In this document: in pieces, positions 38,095 through 47,110 of the stretch
Numbering within the stretch: the stretch's first letter is position 1
Layout of the letters: each line of letters begins with the position of its first letter
DNA from: Candidatus Bathyarchaeia archaeon
GTDB lineage: Archaea > Thermoproteota > Bathyarchaeia > Bathyarchaeales > Bathycorpusculaceae
Direction of reading: 5' to 3'
Length of the DNA stretch: 64,000 bases
Assembly: GCA_049521795.1 (NCBI GenBank)
Contig: JBEKOM010000006.1
Span: forward strand, 35,663-99,662
Program-made: the position numbers and the translations under genes
The notes under the pieces: generated by a model
Databases searched by the model: none
What the model was told of the DNA's origin: nothing
Seen by the model: only the letters and a program-made list of their open reading frames with translations

Positions 38095-38838
38095 ATGGCT
38101 TGGATGGGTTGGAACATAACGGATTCGAAGTCACTTGAAGAAGAGATCTTCAAACTCAAATTGAAAGTTGCGGCGTTTATCGGCATACAGAAAGGAATGA
38201 CTGTTATTGACATAGGCTGTGGACAAGGAGGGTTTACTGCTTCTTTAGCGAAGATCGTGGGAGAGAAAGGGAAAGTTCTCGCGGTTGACGTTTCGGATGA
38301 ATACGCGAAGGAGTTTACAGAACGATTAGACAAGTATGGCGTGAAGAACAGAGTTGTCTTCATCCAAGCAGATGGAACTAGTCTTGGAGACGTCCAGTCT
38401 GCTGGTGACGCAGACGTGGTTACAAGTTTCCGCCTTCTTGAGGAGTTGAAAAGATGCGAAGATATGCCCAAGATCATCGGTGGAATGGTTCGCGTAGCAA
38501 AAGATGATGGAAAAGTGTGTCTCATCGAGTTGAGCACCGTGGCTAGAAACAAGGCTGAGGAAGCTTACATCAGGCTTCACAAGGAAAGCGGAGACTGCTT
38601 TTTCGAACAAGGCAGAATTGTTGATTCAATGAAGGAGCATGGACTGAAAAATGTCTACGTAGAGAAGTTTGACACCGACATATGGTTCTCGCCTAGTCTT
38701 GCGAAACAAGACCTCAGTTTTGCACAAGTGTGGTTCGACCCAAATGTTGAGAAAAGCCTAGCACCTTTGATAGATAAGTATGGCATGAAATATCCCAAGC
38801 TGCGCATATTCTCAGGACAAAAAAGTGCAAAAGACTGA
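38095..38838 (+). CDS. Class I SAM-dependent methyltransferase
   Basis: VIDIGCGQG, KVLAVDVS. Confidence 0.9.
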   Translation: MAWMGWNITDSKSLEEEIFKLKLKVAAFIGIQKGMTVIDIGCGQGGFTASLAKIVGEKGKVLAVDVSDEYAKEFTERLDKYGVKNRVVFIQADGTSLGDVQSAGDADVVTSFRLLEELKRCEDMPKIIGGMVRVAKDDGKVCLIELSTVARNKAEEAYIRLHKESGDCFFEQGRIVDSMKEHGLKNVYVEKFDTDIWFSPSLAKQDLSFAQVWFDPNVEKSLAPLIDKYGMKYPKLRIFSGQKSAKD

Positions 38839-38902
38839 GAAGAGCCTGAGACCACAAAAGTAATACTGGGTCCGACAGCTGAGGTTCAACCCTATTCCTA
38901 TC

Positions 38903-39835
38903 TTGGTCAAATCTGAAAACAAGGCGATCTCTCACTTTGCAAAGCGAGACCTTCTGGAGCTCCCTGCAGAACCTGTTTATGCGCTCTGGAAGCTTCCAGA
39001 AGTGACTGGTCTGCTAGACAAGCAGAAGATAGACGGTTCATGGAAATATCACGGCGGAAAAGAAGCCATTCGTTCGCAAGAGAACTACGATCAACTTGAA
39101 ACATACAGAACACTCGGAATACTCGTGGAAAAGTACGGATTCACTTCCGAACATCCAGCCATACAGGAAGCCGCCGACTTCCTCTTCAGCTTTCAAACCG
39201 CAGAAGGAGACTTCAGAGGAATCTACGGAAACCAGTACACCCCCAACTACTCAGCGGCGATTATGGAGCTTCTCATCAAAGCAGGCTATGGCAATGATGA
39301 ACAAATTGAAAAAGGATTCAAATGGTTGCTGAACATGCGGCAGAACGACGGCGGATGGGCAGTACCGACCAGAACGTTGCGCGGAGAGGACGCTGTAACC
39401 CTCATGCAGGCCATGAGAAAGCGAGAACCGATTCGGCCAGACAAGTCAAAACCCTTCTCACACCTGGTAACGGGCATAGTGCTGCGCGCATTCGCTGCAC
39501 ACCCAAGATACCGAAGTACAAGGGAAGCCAGACGCGCAGGGGAGCTCTTGAAGTCGAGATTCTTTAAACCAGACACTTATCCAGATCGAAAAGCCCCAAG
39601 CTTCTGGACCGAGTTCACGTATCCCTTCTGGTTCACAGATTTGCTATCTTCACTCGACTCGCTCTCCCTGCTGGGGTTAACAAACGAAGACCCACATGTG
39701 AGAGAAGCCCTCCGATGGCTCATTGACAGACAGCAAGAAGACGGCCTCTGGAGAGTCAAACTGCTAAAAACAGGGGACAAAGACCTGAGACCCTGGGTCA
39801 GCCTAGCCATCTGCAGAGTCTTCAAAAGACTTTAG
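38903..39835 (+). CDS. Prenyltransferase/squalene cyclase-repeat protein
   Basis: QW-like repeats QKIDGSW, QTAEGDF, QNDGGW, QQEDGLW. Confidence 0.7.
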   Translation: MVKSENKAISHFAKRDLLELPAEPVYALWKLPEVTGLLDKQKIDGSWKYHGGKEAIRSQENYDQLETYRTLGILVEKYGFTSEHPAIQEAADFLFSFQTAEGDFRGIYGNQYTPNYSAAIMELLIKAGYGNDEQIEKGFKWLLNMRQNDGGWAVPTRTLRGEDAVTLMQAMRKREPIRPDKSKPFSHLVTGIVLRAFAAHPRYRSTREARRAGELLKSRFFKPDTYPDRKAPSFWTEFTYPFWFTDLLSSLDSLSLLGLTNEDPHVREALRWLIDRQQEDGLWRVKLLKTGDKDLRPWVSLAICRVFKRL

Positions 39836-40060
39836 AAAGCCCTTCAAAATGTTCTTAGACGTTGAAAACTGAAGGGTAGGCCTCGTTGGACGAGGCAAAA
39901 CGCGAATACTGGTATCTTAAACAGCACGAGTATTATGTGGGTTCGAGACAAAATTCTACTTGAGGCAGTTTTCAGGCTATTTCATGCTATCTTTGACACG
40001 GGCAGACTTTTATGTCCTAAAACCTGCATAAGAGATGCGGACTAAAATCACTCGCGGAGG

Positions 40061-41035
40061 ATGACAAGCTCGTTGAAAACCATAGGTGTCGTAACGAGCG
40101 GCGGTGACGCGCCGGGCATGAACGCTGCTATCCGGGCTATCACTCGCATAGCTTACTCGAAGAAGCTTCAGGTTCTAGGTTTTGAGAGGGGCTGGGAAGG
40201 CTTGATAACGAACAGTTGTAGACCACTGACTCCCAGATCCGTCGGGGGCATAATTCAGCTCGGCGGCACGATCCTACACACGTCAAGATGCTTAGAGTTC
40301 AAGACGCCGGAAGGCATCACCAAGGCGGCCGAAACCCTCGCTTCGAGAAGCCTTGACGCACTCGTGGTCATCGGGGGAAATGGCTCCTTTCACGGTGCTT
40401 TGGAGCTGAGCAGGGAAACAGACAGTCTCATAGTCGGAGTGCCAGCGTCTATCGACAACGATGTGTTTGGGACGGAAGAAACGATAGGCTTCGACACGGC
40501 CTTGAACACAGCAGTTGATGAAATCGACAAGATAAGAGACACAGCTATCTCGCATGAGAGGATCTTCATAGTTGAAGTCATGGGGCGAGCAAGAGGTTTC
40601 CTCGCAGCAACCGTGGGGCTGACGGTTGGAGCAGAGATAATCCTAGTCCCAGAGGTCAAGGTTGAAACGAAAAAAATAGTCGAAAGACTGGAAGAGAACA
40701 GCGCCAAAGGAAAGAAATCGGGCATAATAGTTGCAGCAGAGGGAATCGGAGACACGCGCAAGCTCGGAGAAGACATCGAGAGAGAAACGCGAACCGAGGT
40801 CAGGCTAACCGTCCTGGGCTACGCTCAAAGAGGAGGAAGCCCCTCGGCCAGAAGCCGACTTCTAGCCAGCCTCTTTGCAAACGAGGCCGTTGAGCTGCTC
40901 ACGAAGAACCGAGGAAGCATGATAGTCGGACTCCAAAACGGCAGTGTAACGAGCATGGACCTCGAAAAATCATGCAGCAAAGAGAAACCTCTAGACTTGA
41001 ACCTGCTGAGTTTGGCAAACGTGTTGGCAACCTGA
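40061..41035 (+). CDS. pfkA: 6-phosphofructokinase, predicted ATP-dependent
   Basis: TSGGDAPGMN, GGNGS, PASIDND, EVMGR, GYAQRGG. Confidence 0.92.
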   Translation: MTSSLKTIGVVTSGGDAPGMNAAIRAITRIAYSKKLQVLGFERGWEGLITNSCRPLTPRSVGGIIQLGGTILHTSRCLEFKTPEGITKAAETLASRSLDALVVIGGNGSFHGALELSRETDSLIVGVPASIDNDVFGTEETIGFDTALNTAVDEIDKIRDTAISHERIFIVEVMGRARGFLAATVGLTVGAEIILVPEVKVETKKIVERLEENSAKGKKSGIIVAAEGIGDTRKLGEDIERETRTEVRLTVLGYAQRGGSPSARSRLLASLFANEAVELLTKNRGSMIVGLQNGSVTSMDLEKSCSKEKPLDLNLLSLANVLAT

Positions 41036-41136
41036 GACCTCACAACATTTGCATCGACGTACGGTGTACAATGTTGGTCTGTGCTGTTGAAGCTGCATTC
41101 TATGGAAAAAGGCGTTGAGCACGAATTGTAAAATTC

Positions 41137-42165
41137 TCAGCCGAAAAACACGCTTGCTATGTCGTAGAGTTCCAGGTCTACCGGCCTTCTCTTTCCAATG
41201 ACTTCCTTAAGATGAACGGACACTATTTTGTTTCCTTTTATGGCGACCATGCGATCAAATTTACCCTCATGAACCAGGTCTATGGCTGCGATTCCGAATC
41301 TCGTGGCCAATATCCTGTCGAAGGCCGTTGGGGAGCCGCCGCGCTGAAGATGGCCCAGAACGACGACCCGTGTTTCGATGTTCAAGCATTTTTCGATTTC
41401 CTTGCCGAGGTAGTAGCCAACGCCTCCTAAGTGGATGTGGCCGAACTCGTCGACGCTTTCGCTGTAGACAATTTCAACCCCGCCTTTAGGTTTAGCTCCT
41501 TCGGCAACGACTATTAAGCTGAAATTTCTGCCTCTCCTCTGTCTCTGTCTGATGCACTCACAGACTTCGTCTATGTCGAAGGGTTTCTCTGGGATCAGTA
41601 TGACGTCTGCGCCGCCGGCTAATCCGGCTTCTAAAGCTATCCACCCTGTGTATCTGCCCATGACTTCGAGGATAATCACCCTGTGATGCGTCTCGGCTGT
41701 CGAGTGAAGCCTGTCCAGCGCCTCAGTGGCAATGCCGACCGCCGTCATGAAGCCAAACGTGTAGTCCGTTCCAGCCAAGTCGTTGTCGATGGTCTTGGGC
41801 ACGCCGACACACTTGAGTCCAAGCTCGCCCATCTTCTGGGCTACGCTAAGAGTGTCGTCCCCACCGATGACAACGAGGGCTCCGATGCCCGCCTTTCTCG
41901 CGTTTTTCATAATTCTTTCAGGTCCCTTTTCTCTCTTGAAGGGGTTCGTTCTAGAAGTGCCCAGGATTGATCCTCCCCTAGGTAGAAGGCCTGAAGCTGC
42001 TTTAAGATCCAACGGCAAGTATTCGCCTTCGATGAATCCAGCCCAGCCGTCTTTTATGCCGATCATCTCGAAGCCGTAGTTCTGTATACCCTTCTTGACC
42101 ACGGCTCTTATGACGGCGTTGATTCCTGGAGCGTCGCCGCCTCCGCTTAAGACTCCAACCTTCAT
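41137..42165 (-). CDS. PfkA-family phosphofructokinase, predicted PPi-dependent
   Basis: GGDAPGIN, GGDDT, PKTIDND, EVMGR, GHLQRGG. Confidence 0.92.
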   Translation of the reverse strand: MKVGVLSGGGDAPGINAVIRAVVKKGIQNYGFEMIGIKDGWAGFIEGEYLPLDLKAASGLLPRGGSILGTSRTNPFKREKGPERIMKNARKAGIGALVVIGGDDTLSVAQKMGELGLKCVGVPKTIDNDLAGTDYTFGFMTAVGIATEALDRLHSTAETHHRVIILEVMGRYTGWIALEAGLAGGADVILIPEKPFDIDEVCECIRQRQRRGRNFSLIVVAEGAKPKGGVEIVYSESVDEFGHIHLGGVGYYLGKEIEKCLNIETRVVVLGHLQRGGSPTAFDRILATRFGIAAIDLVHEGKFDRMVAIKGNKIVSVHLKEVIGKRRPVDLELYDIASVFFG

Positions 42166-42181
42166 TCGGGCGGTTCTCCAT

Positions 42182-43099
42182 TCAAGCTCTGCCAGAGCTT
42201 CCGAACAAGCGCATCTTGCCCCTGACAACCTCTTTCATGGCCTCTTTCGCTGGACCCATGATCTTCCTTGGGTCAAACTCTTTCGGCGAGTTTGCGAGCA
42301 CCTCGCGGACTGTTGCCGTGAAAGCGAGACGCAAATCCGTGTCGATGTTTATCTTCGCGATTCCCAGCGAGATGGCCTTCTTTATGTGCTCTTCAGGGAT
42401 GCCCTTCGCTCCGCCAAGCTCCGCCCCGTACTTGCTCGCCTTCTCAATGAGCCAGGCTGGGACGCTCGATGCTCCATGGAGAACAAGCGGTACGTAGACT
42501 CTGTCGCTTATGGCTCTCAGTCTTTCGAAGTCAAGTTTGGGTTCAGTCTTGAACTTGTAAGCTCCATGAGACGTGCCGACTGCCACTGCAAGTGCGTCGA
42601 CGCCTGTGCGCTCCACGAATTCTTTAGCTGAGTCAGGGTCCGTTAGAATGGCTTCTTTTTCCTCAACGGTTTTCTCCTCAACCCCAGCGAGTCTTCCAAG
42701 TTCCGCTTCAACCGCAACTCCTCTTGGACGCGCAAGGTCAACCACACGCTTGGTCAATGCGATGTTTTCCTCAAACTTCAGATGCGAACCGTCGATCATG
42801 ACCGACGTGAACCCTGCTCCTATGCACTTGGAGACCGTGTCGAAGTCTTCCCCATGGTCAAGGTGAAGCGACATTGGAACTGCACACAATTCTGCTGCTG
42901 TCTTCGCAATTTTCGAAACGTAAGGTAGGCCAGCATATTTGATGGCGCTCGGCGTGACAGCAACTATGGCGGGTGATTTTTCTTCGACAGCTGCTTCTGA
43001 AACTGCCAGCACAGTTTCTAAGTTGTTTATGTTAAAGGCCCCCACTGCATAAGCTCTTTGGCGGGCTGGAACCATTAGGTCCTTGTTTGTGACAAGCAC
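42182..43099 (-). CDS. fba: Class II fructose-1,6-bisphosphate aldolase
   Basis: LHLDHG, VMIDGS, EAELG, GTSHGAYK, LVLHGAS, KINIDTD. Confidence 0.95.
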   Translation of the reverse strand: MLVTNKDLMVPARQRAYAVGAFNINNLETVLAVSEAAVEEKSPAIVAVTPSAIKYAGLPYVSKIAKTAAELCAVPMSLHLDHGEDFDTVSKCIGAGFTSVMIDGSHLKFEENIALTKRVVDLARPRGVAVEAELGRLAGVEEKTVEEKEAILTDPDSAKEFVERTGVDALAVAVGTSHGAYKFKTEPKLDFERLRAISDRVYVPLVLHGASSVPAWLIEKASKYGAELGGAKGIPEEHIKKAISLGIAKINIDTDLRLAFTATVREVLANSPKEFDPRKIMGPAKEAMKEVVRGKMRLFGSSGRA

Positions 43100-43210
43100 G
43101 ACTTTTCACCGTTGATGGAATATTGATTGCGAACGGTATAAATGGTTTGCACGCACAGACACGCTAGTCGGCCTTGCATTTCTTTTTAAACTCGAACACA
43201 AAAGAAGACT

Positions 43211-44134
43211 GTGCTCGACAAGAACACGGGTCGAACAGTTGCGAAAACAGTCAGCAGAGACAGAGTAATCTACAGCTTCAATCCTCAGCACGAGCCAGCT
43301 GAGTATGTAACACCCGGCGAACTCGTCCTAGTCGAAACCGAGGATGCCTTCAGTGGCCAGATCAGGAGCGAGAAAGATTCAGTGAATGTGCTCGACTGGT
43401 CCAAAGTTGATGGAGCCACGGGCCCCATATTCGTTGAAGATGCAGGACCAGGAGACACTCTTGTCGTTGAGATACTTGAAATAAAGGTTCCGAAGAAAGG
43501 CGTGATAGTCACCGTTCCCAAGGGTGGAATTCTGGCAGAAAAAACGTTCAGACCTTCATCCAGAATCGTTAGGATAAGCAGGAATCACGTGAGTTTCGAA
43601 ACCGTCCGCATTAGAGCAAACCCGATGATAGGCACTATAGGCGTGACTCCTGAAAGCGGTGAAATCCCTTGTGGTTCTCTGGGCAAGCACGGGGGCAACA
43701 TGGATGTTAAGGAGGTGACCGCCGGCACCAAGCTGTACCTACCAGTTTTTGTCGAAGGCGCCCTGTTCGCGCTCGGCGATGTTCACGCGGTCCAAACAGA
43801 CGGCGAGCTCTGCGTCTCCGCGGTTGAAGTGCCAGGAGAAATTCTGTTAAGGTTCAAACTCATAAAGCGAAAGAAGCCCCAATGGCCGATACTAGAAACA
43901 AAGGATTCGTACGCTTTCCTAGCGTGCGGAGAAACGCTGGATGAGGCGGCGAAGTTTGCAGCTGAGGCTGCGGTGGAGGCTTTAATGCGAGAGCACCACT
44001 GGCCCTTCGAGACTGCTTACATGTTTGGCAGTCTTGCCATAGATCTAAGGATAAATCAGGTTGTTGACCCCAAGAAGGGTGTCAGAGCGGTGGTTTCGAA
44101 AGATCTCATAGACCTGGACAGCTTGCTCGTCTGA
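43211..44134 (+). CDS. Acetamidase/formamidase family protein
   Basis: ATGPIFVEDAGPGD, HGGNMD, GDVHAVQTDGE. Confidence 0.9.
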   Translation: MLDKNTGRTVAKTVSRDRVIYSFNPQHEPAEYVTPGELVLVETEDAFSGQIRSEKDSVNVLDWSKVDGATGPIFVEDAGPGDTLVVEILEIKVPKKGVIVTVPKGGILAEKTFRPSSRIVRISRNHVSFETVRIRANPMIGTIGVTPESGEIPCGSLGKHGGNMDVKEVTAGTKLYLPVFVEGALFALGDVHAVQTDGELCVSAVEVPGEILLRFKLIKRKKPQWPILETKDSYAFLACGETLDEAAKFAAEAAVEALMREHHWPFETAYMFGSLAIDLRINQVVDPKKGVRAVVSKDLIDLDSLLV

Positions 44135-44189
44135 GACTGCGTTTGCTGTTGCCAGAAAAGTCCTAAGCCTGCGAAAGATCATTTAGGCT

Positions 44190-44420
44190 TTGGAGATTCG
44201 TTGTGACCGTTATTTTAGGCATCTTCAAAAGCTTTTCAGGAAGACAGGAATAAGAGTTACTGAAGAGGACAAGCGAGAAGTTGACAAGATTATTCATCGA
44301 ATTGTAGGCGTCCAATACAAGGATTGTCCCGCAACGTGGAAAGAAGTGAAAAGGAGAATCAGCGAAGACGAGGAAGGCTTCGCCTCACGGCTAAAGACTG
44401 AGTGGAACAAGCAAGGATAG
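44190..44420 (+). CDS. Small conserved hypothetical protein
   Basis: YFRHL..TGIRVT..DKIIH..YKDCPATWKEVK; start uncertain. Confidence 0.6.
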   Translation: MEIRCDRYFRHLQKLFRKTGIRVTEEDKREVDKIIHRIVGVQYKDCPATWKEVKRRISEDEEGFASRLKTEWNKQG

Positions 44421-44464
44421 TCGAGCGCAGTCAAGAAAAAAGCAAGCGCGCGGACGAACGAGTT

Positions 44465-44605
44465 CTACTTGCTTTTTACCTTTTTCATCGGTTGTTCGCA
44501 GCACATGAGCTCGCACGTAGGTTCGCATCCACATGGCTGATCAACGAGGACAACCAGACCGCATTCCGCGCACTTGTACTTCTCACCTTTAGATTTCTTC
44601 GCCAT
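44465..44605 (-). CDS. Desulforedoxin-like Cys-rich protein (46 aa)
   Basis: Manual translation MAKKSKGEKYKCAECGLVVLVDQPCGCEPTCELMCCEQPMKKVKSK; GGAGGTGA SD. Confidence 0.85.
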   Translation of the reverse strand: MAKKSKGEKYKCAECGLVVLVDQPCGCEPTCELMCCEQPMKKVKSK

Positions 44606-44909
44606 TCAAACTCACCTCCAGCCTCTTTGCTACTTATGATTCCCTACATTTTTCGAGGTATAAAACTATTTTCAAAACGTGTCGTTCGGCTGAGCTCTCC
44701 ACTTCAGGAAGCAAAGTCAAATTCTGGAAGGTTGCACCACGTAGCTTTCTGGATCTGAAAACGGCTTTGGGCGCGATCGCGATTGGTGTTCTCTTTTTCT
44801 TCGGCACCATATTTGCTCTAGCCTCAGTTTACGTTTCCACCAGACTGATCGTTGCCTTCTAGCGCGCGCCCCTTGAGCTGCAGAACAGGGACTACATCTG
44901 CGCCGAATC

Positions 44910-45239
44910 CTAGTCTTTGCGCGTCTTTTTTGCGTGCTTGGTTTTCGTGCTTCGGTTGGCCAGTTCGAGTTTCTGCATGTGGTTCAGTCTCTTGATTCTT
45001 TTCTCCCTCTTCATGGCCTCTGCCCTCGAGCTGTGCTTCTCGAAGTAGATGAGCTTTTGCGGCTTGTGCATCCTCGTGTACCTAGCACCCTTGCCTTTCA
45101 TGTGAAGGTTGATTCGCCTGTTCAGGTTTTTCGTGTAGCCTGTGTAGACGTTGTTGCCTTCGCAGAGAATGACGTAGACGTAAAAGGGTGTCACACTTGA
45201 TCGTTGCTTCTCAGCTGGACAGTTTTCCTTTTCAGTCAA
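44910..45239 (-). CDS. GIY-YIG nuclease (UPF0213-like)
   Basis: FYVYVI..YTGYT..RR..H..GKGARYTR..A.KRE. Confidence 0.9.
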   Translation of the reverse strand: MTEKENCPAEKQRSSVTPFYVYVILCEGNNVYTGYTKNLNRRINLHMKGKGARYTRMHKPQKLIYFEKHSSRAEAMKREKRIKRLNHMQKLELANRSTKTKHAKKTRKD

Positions 45240-45323
45240 GATACGATTTGCTTCTTGATCGAGGATAAAAACTTATAAGAAATTCTGATGATAGACTGGT
45301 AAAACCGGTCTGACGGCTTTAGG

Positions 45324-45524
45324 ATGGTTCATGTGACGAAGCTGAACAAGGTAGATGAGCTTGTAGTTTCAACCTTGAAAGACGCTGGCAAGGGTTTGAC
45401 GCTTGCGGAGATCGCTGAGAAAACTGGCGAGTCTCCGAAGAAGGTCTACAAGTCTCTGAGGAAGCTTTTTGAGAACGAGATGGTCGACTGTCTGAACCGT
45501 CAGTACAGACTCTTGAAGACGTAG
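45324..45524 (+). CDS. Small winged-helix DNA-binding protein
   Basis: GLTLAEIAEKTGESPKKVYKSLRKLFE; CTTATAA box upstream. Confidence 0.8.
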   Translation: MVHVTKLNKVDELVVSTLKDAGKGLTLAEIAEKTGESPKKVYKSLRKLFENEMVDCLNRQYRLLKT

Positions 45525-45825
45525 ACCATGTGTTTCGTTGACTATTTTTCATCTTTCTGTTTCTCGGGGACGACTTCTCTCGCTCCTTTCCTAACGTTTT
45601 GACAACGCCGAATCCTTCTTTAGTCCATTCTCCGAGGGTTTCGCTTGCTTTGCCGGTCGCTTCTTCAGCTTTTCCCTTCTTCTCTTCCTCTCTGCTCATA
45701 ATGTCCACCTTCTTGTAACGCCTTTTCCCTGATGGGTGTTTCCTGAATGAAGTTGGGTTTCATGGCCAAGGAGAATTCTTAAAGCTTAATGACGCATAGG
45801 GCTCTCGTCGGTAGGAGGGACAAAC

Positions 45826-46632
45826 GTGTCTTCTTCTCATGAAAATTCGGTGAAAAAGTACTATGATGATAAAGGTTCGACATATGACGATTATTCCAAA
45901 CAATTGTGGAGCAGAGTGTATGATGCCGTAACGTGGAAGATTACAGAACCTTATGTTCCTAAGAATTCTGGAGCTCTTGTCTTCGATGCCGCTGGTGGAA
46001 CGGGAAAATGGACTATTCCTATCGCAAAGTGCGGTCCAAGAGTGGTCTTGGGAGACATTTCTCGAGGGATGCTGAAGGTTGCAGAAGAGAAAATAGTCCA
46101 GCAGGGTCTACAAGACCGAGTGCAAGTCAAAGAATGCGACCTGCTCAAACTCGATTTCAGAGACGAGACGTTTGACCTCGTGTTCTGTGAACACGCTCTC
46201 TGTTTCATCAAGGAACAGGAAACTGTCATAAAGGAACTTGTCAGGGTTCTGAAGAAAGGCCATCCCCTAATCTTGACCGGACAGAACCGCTACGTGTTGG
46301 CGCTTTCAATAGTCTCTGAAGACGCTGGTTATGCATCCAAAGTGTTGTTAAGGGAAACCCCGTTCATCATGGATCGGAGTCTGGAAGTCTATGCTCTGTC
46401 ACCTCAAGAGTTCATGCAGATGCTGGAGAACAACGGTGTGAGAGTAGACAGAATAGTGGGAAAACTCTTCACTATGCCCCTCGGTTTATCTTGGGAGAGG
46501 TTGATAAGTGAAGAATTCACTGAGGAACTCTTCGACAAAATAATGCGCATTGAACTCGATTTGGCCAACAGACCAGACACGGCCTGTCTCGGCTCACATT
46601 TTCAAGCAATTGGACAAAAAAGACGCTCTTAG
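45826..46632 (+). CDS. Class I SAM-dependent methyltransferase
   Basis: VFDAAGGTG, DISRGML, FDLVFC, ELVRVLK. Confidence 0.9.
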   Translation: MSSSHENSVKKYYDDKGSTYDDYSKQLWSRVYDAVTWKITEPYVPKNSGALVFDAAGGTGKWTIPIAKCGPRVVLGDISRGMLKVAEEKIVQQGLQDRVQVKECDLLKLDFRDETFDLVFCEHALCFIKEQETVIKELVRVLKKGHPLILTGQNRYVLALSIVSEDAGYASKVLLRETPFIMDRSLEVYALSPQEFMQMLENNGVRVDRIVGKLFTMPLGLSWERLISEEFTEELFDKIMRIELDLANRPDTACLGSHFQAIGQKRRS

Positions 46633-46720
46633 CCATACGCAAAATACCCTTTGGGCTGTTGAAAGCACGCGTTCACGTTTGGGGACAAAGTTTGACTCCA
46701 AACCCTTTAGTAACACTTTC

Positions 46721-47098
46721 TTAGATGGCTAGCCTTTTTCTCGTGATTGTCATCTTTCTCACGGTATCTTCAAAGTGTCTCGTTGTCAACGCACTTAGGA
46801 ACGTCATGATGACTCCAGCAATGAACGTGCTCACGTCGGGTATTAGGAATCCAAGTAGCATGAGAAGGGCTCCTGCGCCGGTGAGTCCCCAGCCTACTCT
46901 GTTGCGCTTCTTGCATTCTCTGATCTTGCTGTCCAAGTATTGGACAACCATGGTGTGCTGTGTTGCGCCTGGAGACAGGTTCTTGAGGTAGTCATACTCA
47001 CACTTTCTGGAACATATAGGGATGCCTAGCTCCTTGTCCTTGAACAGAAAACTCTTGCTTGGGTTGCCACAGGCGGCGCACGGTATTGACTCTGCCAT
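46721..47098 (-). CDS. Small membrane protein with N-terminal CxxC...CxxxC motif
   Basis: CAAC...ICSRKC plus two TM helices. Confidence 0.65.
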   Translation of the reverse strand: MAESIPCAACGNPSKSFLFKDKELGIPICSRKCEYDYLKNLSPGATQHTMVVQYLDSKIRECKKRNRVGWGLTGAGALLMLLGFLIPDVSTFIAGVIMTFLSALTTRHFEDTVRKMTITRKRLAI

Positions 47099-47110
47099 GT
47101 TTTGCACCGT

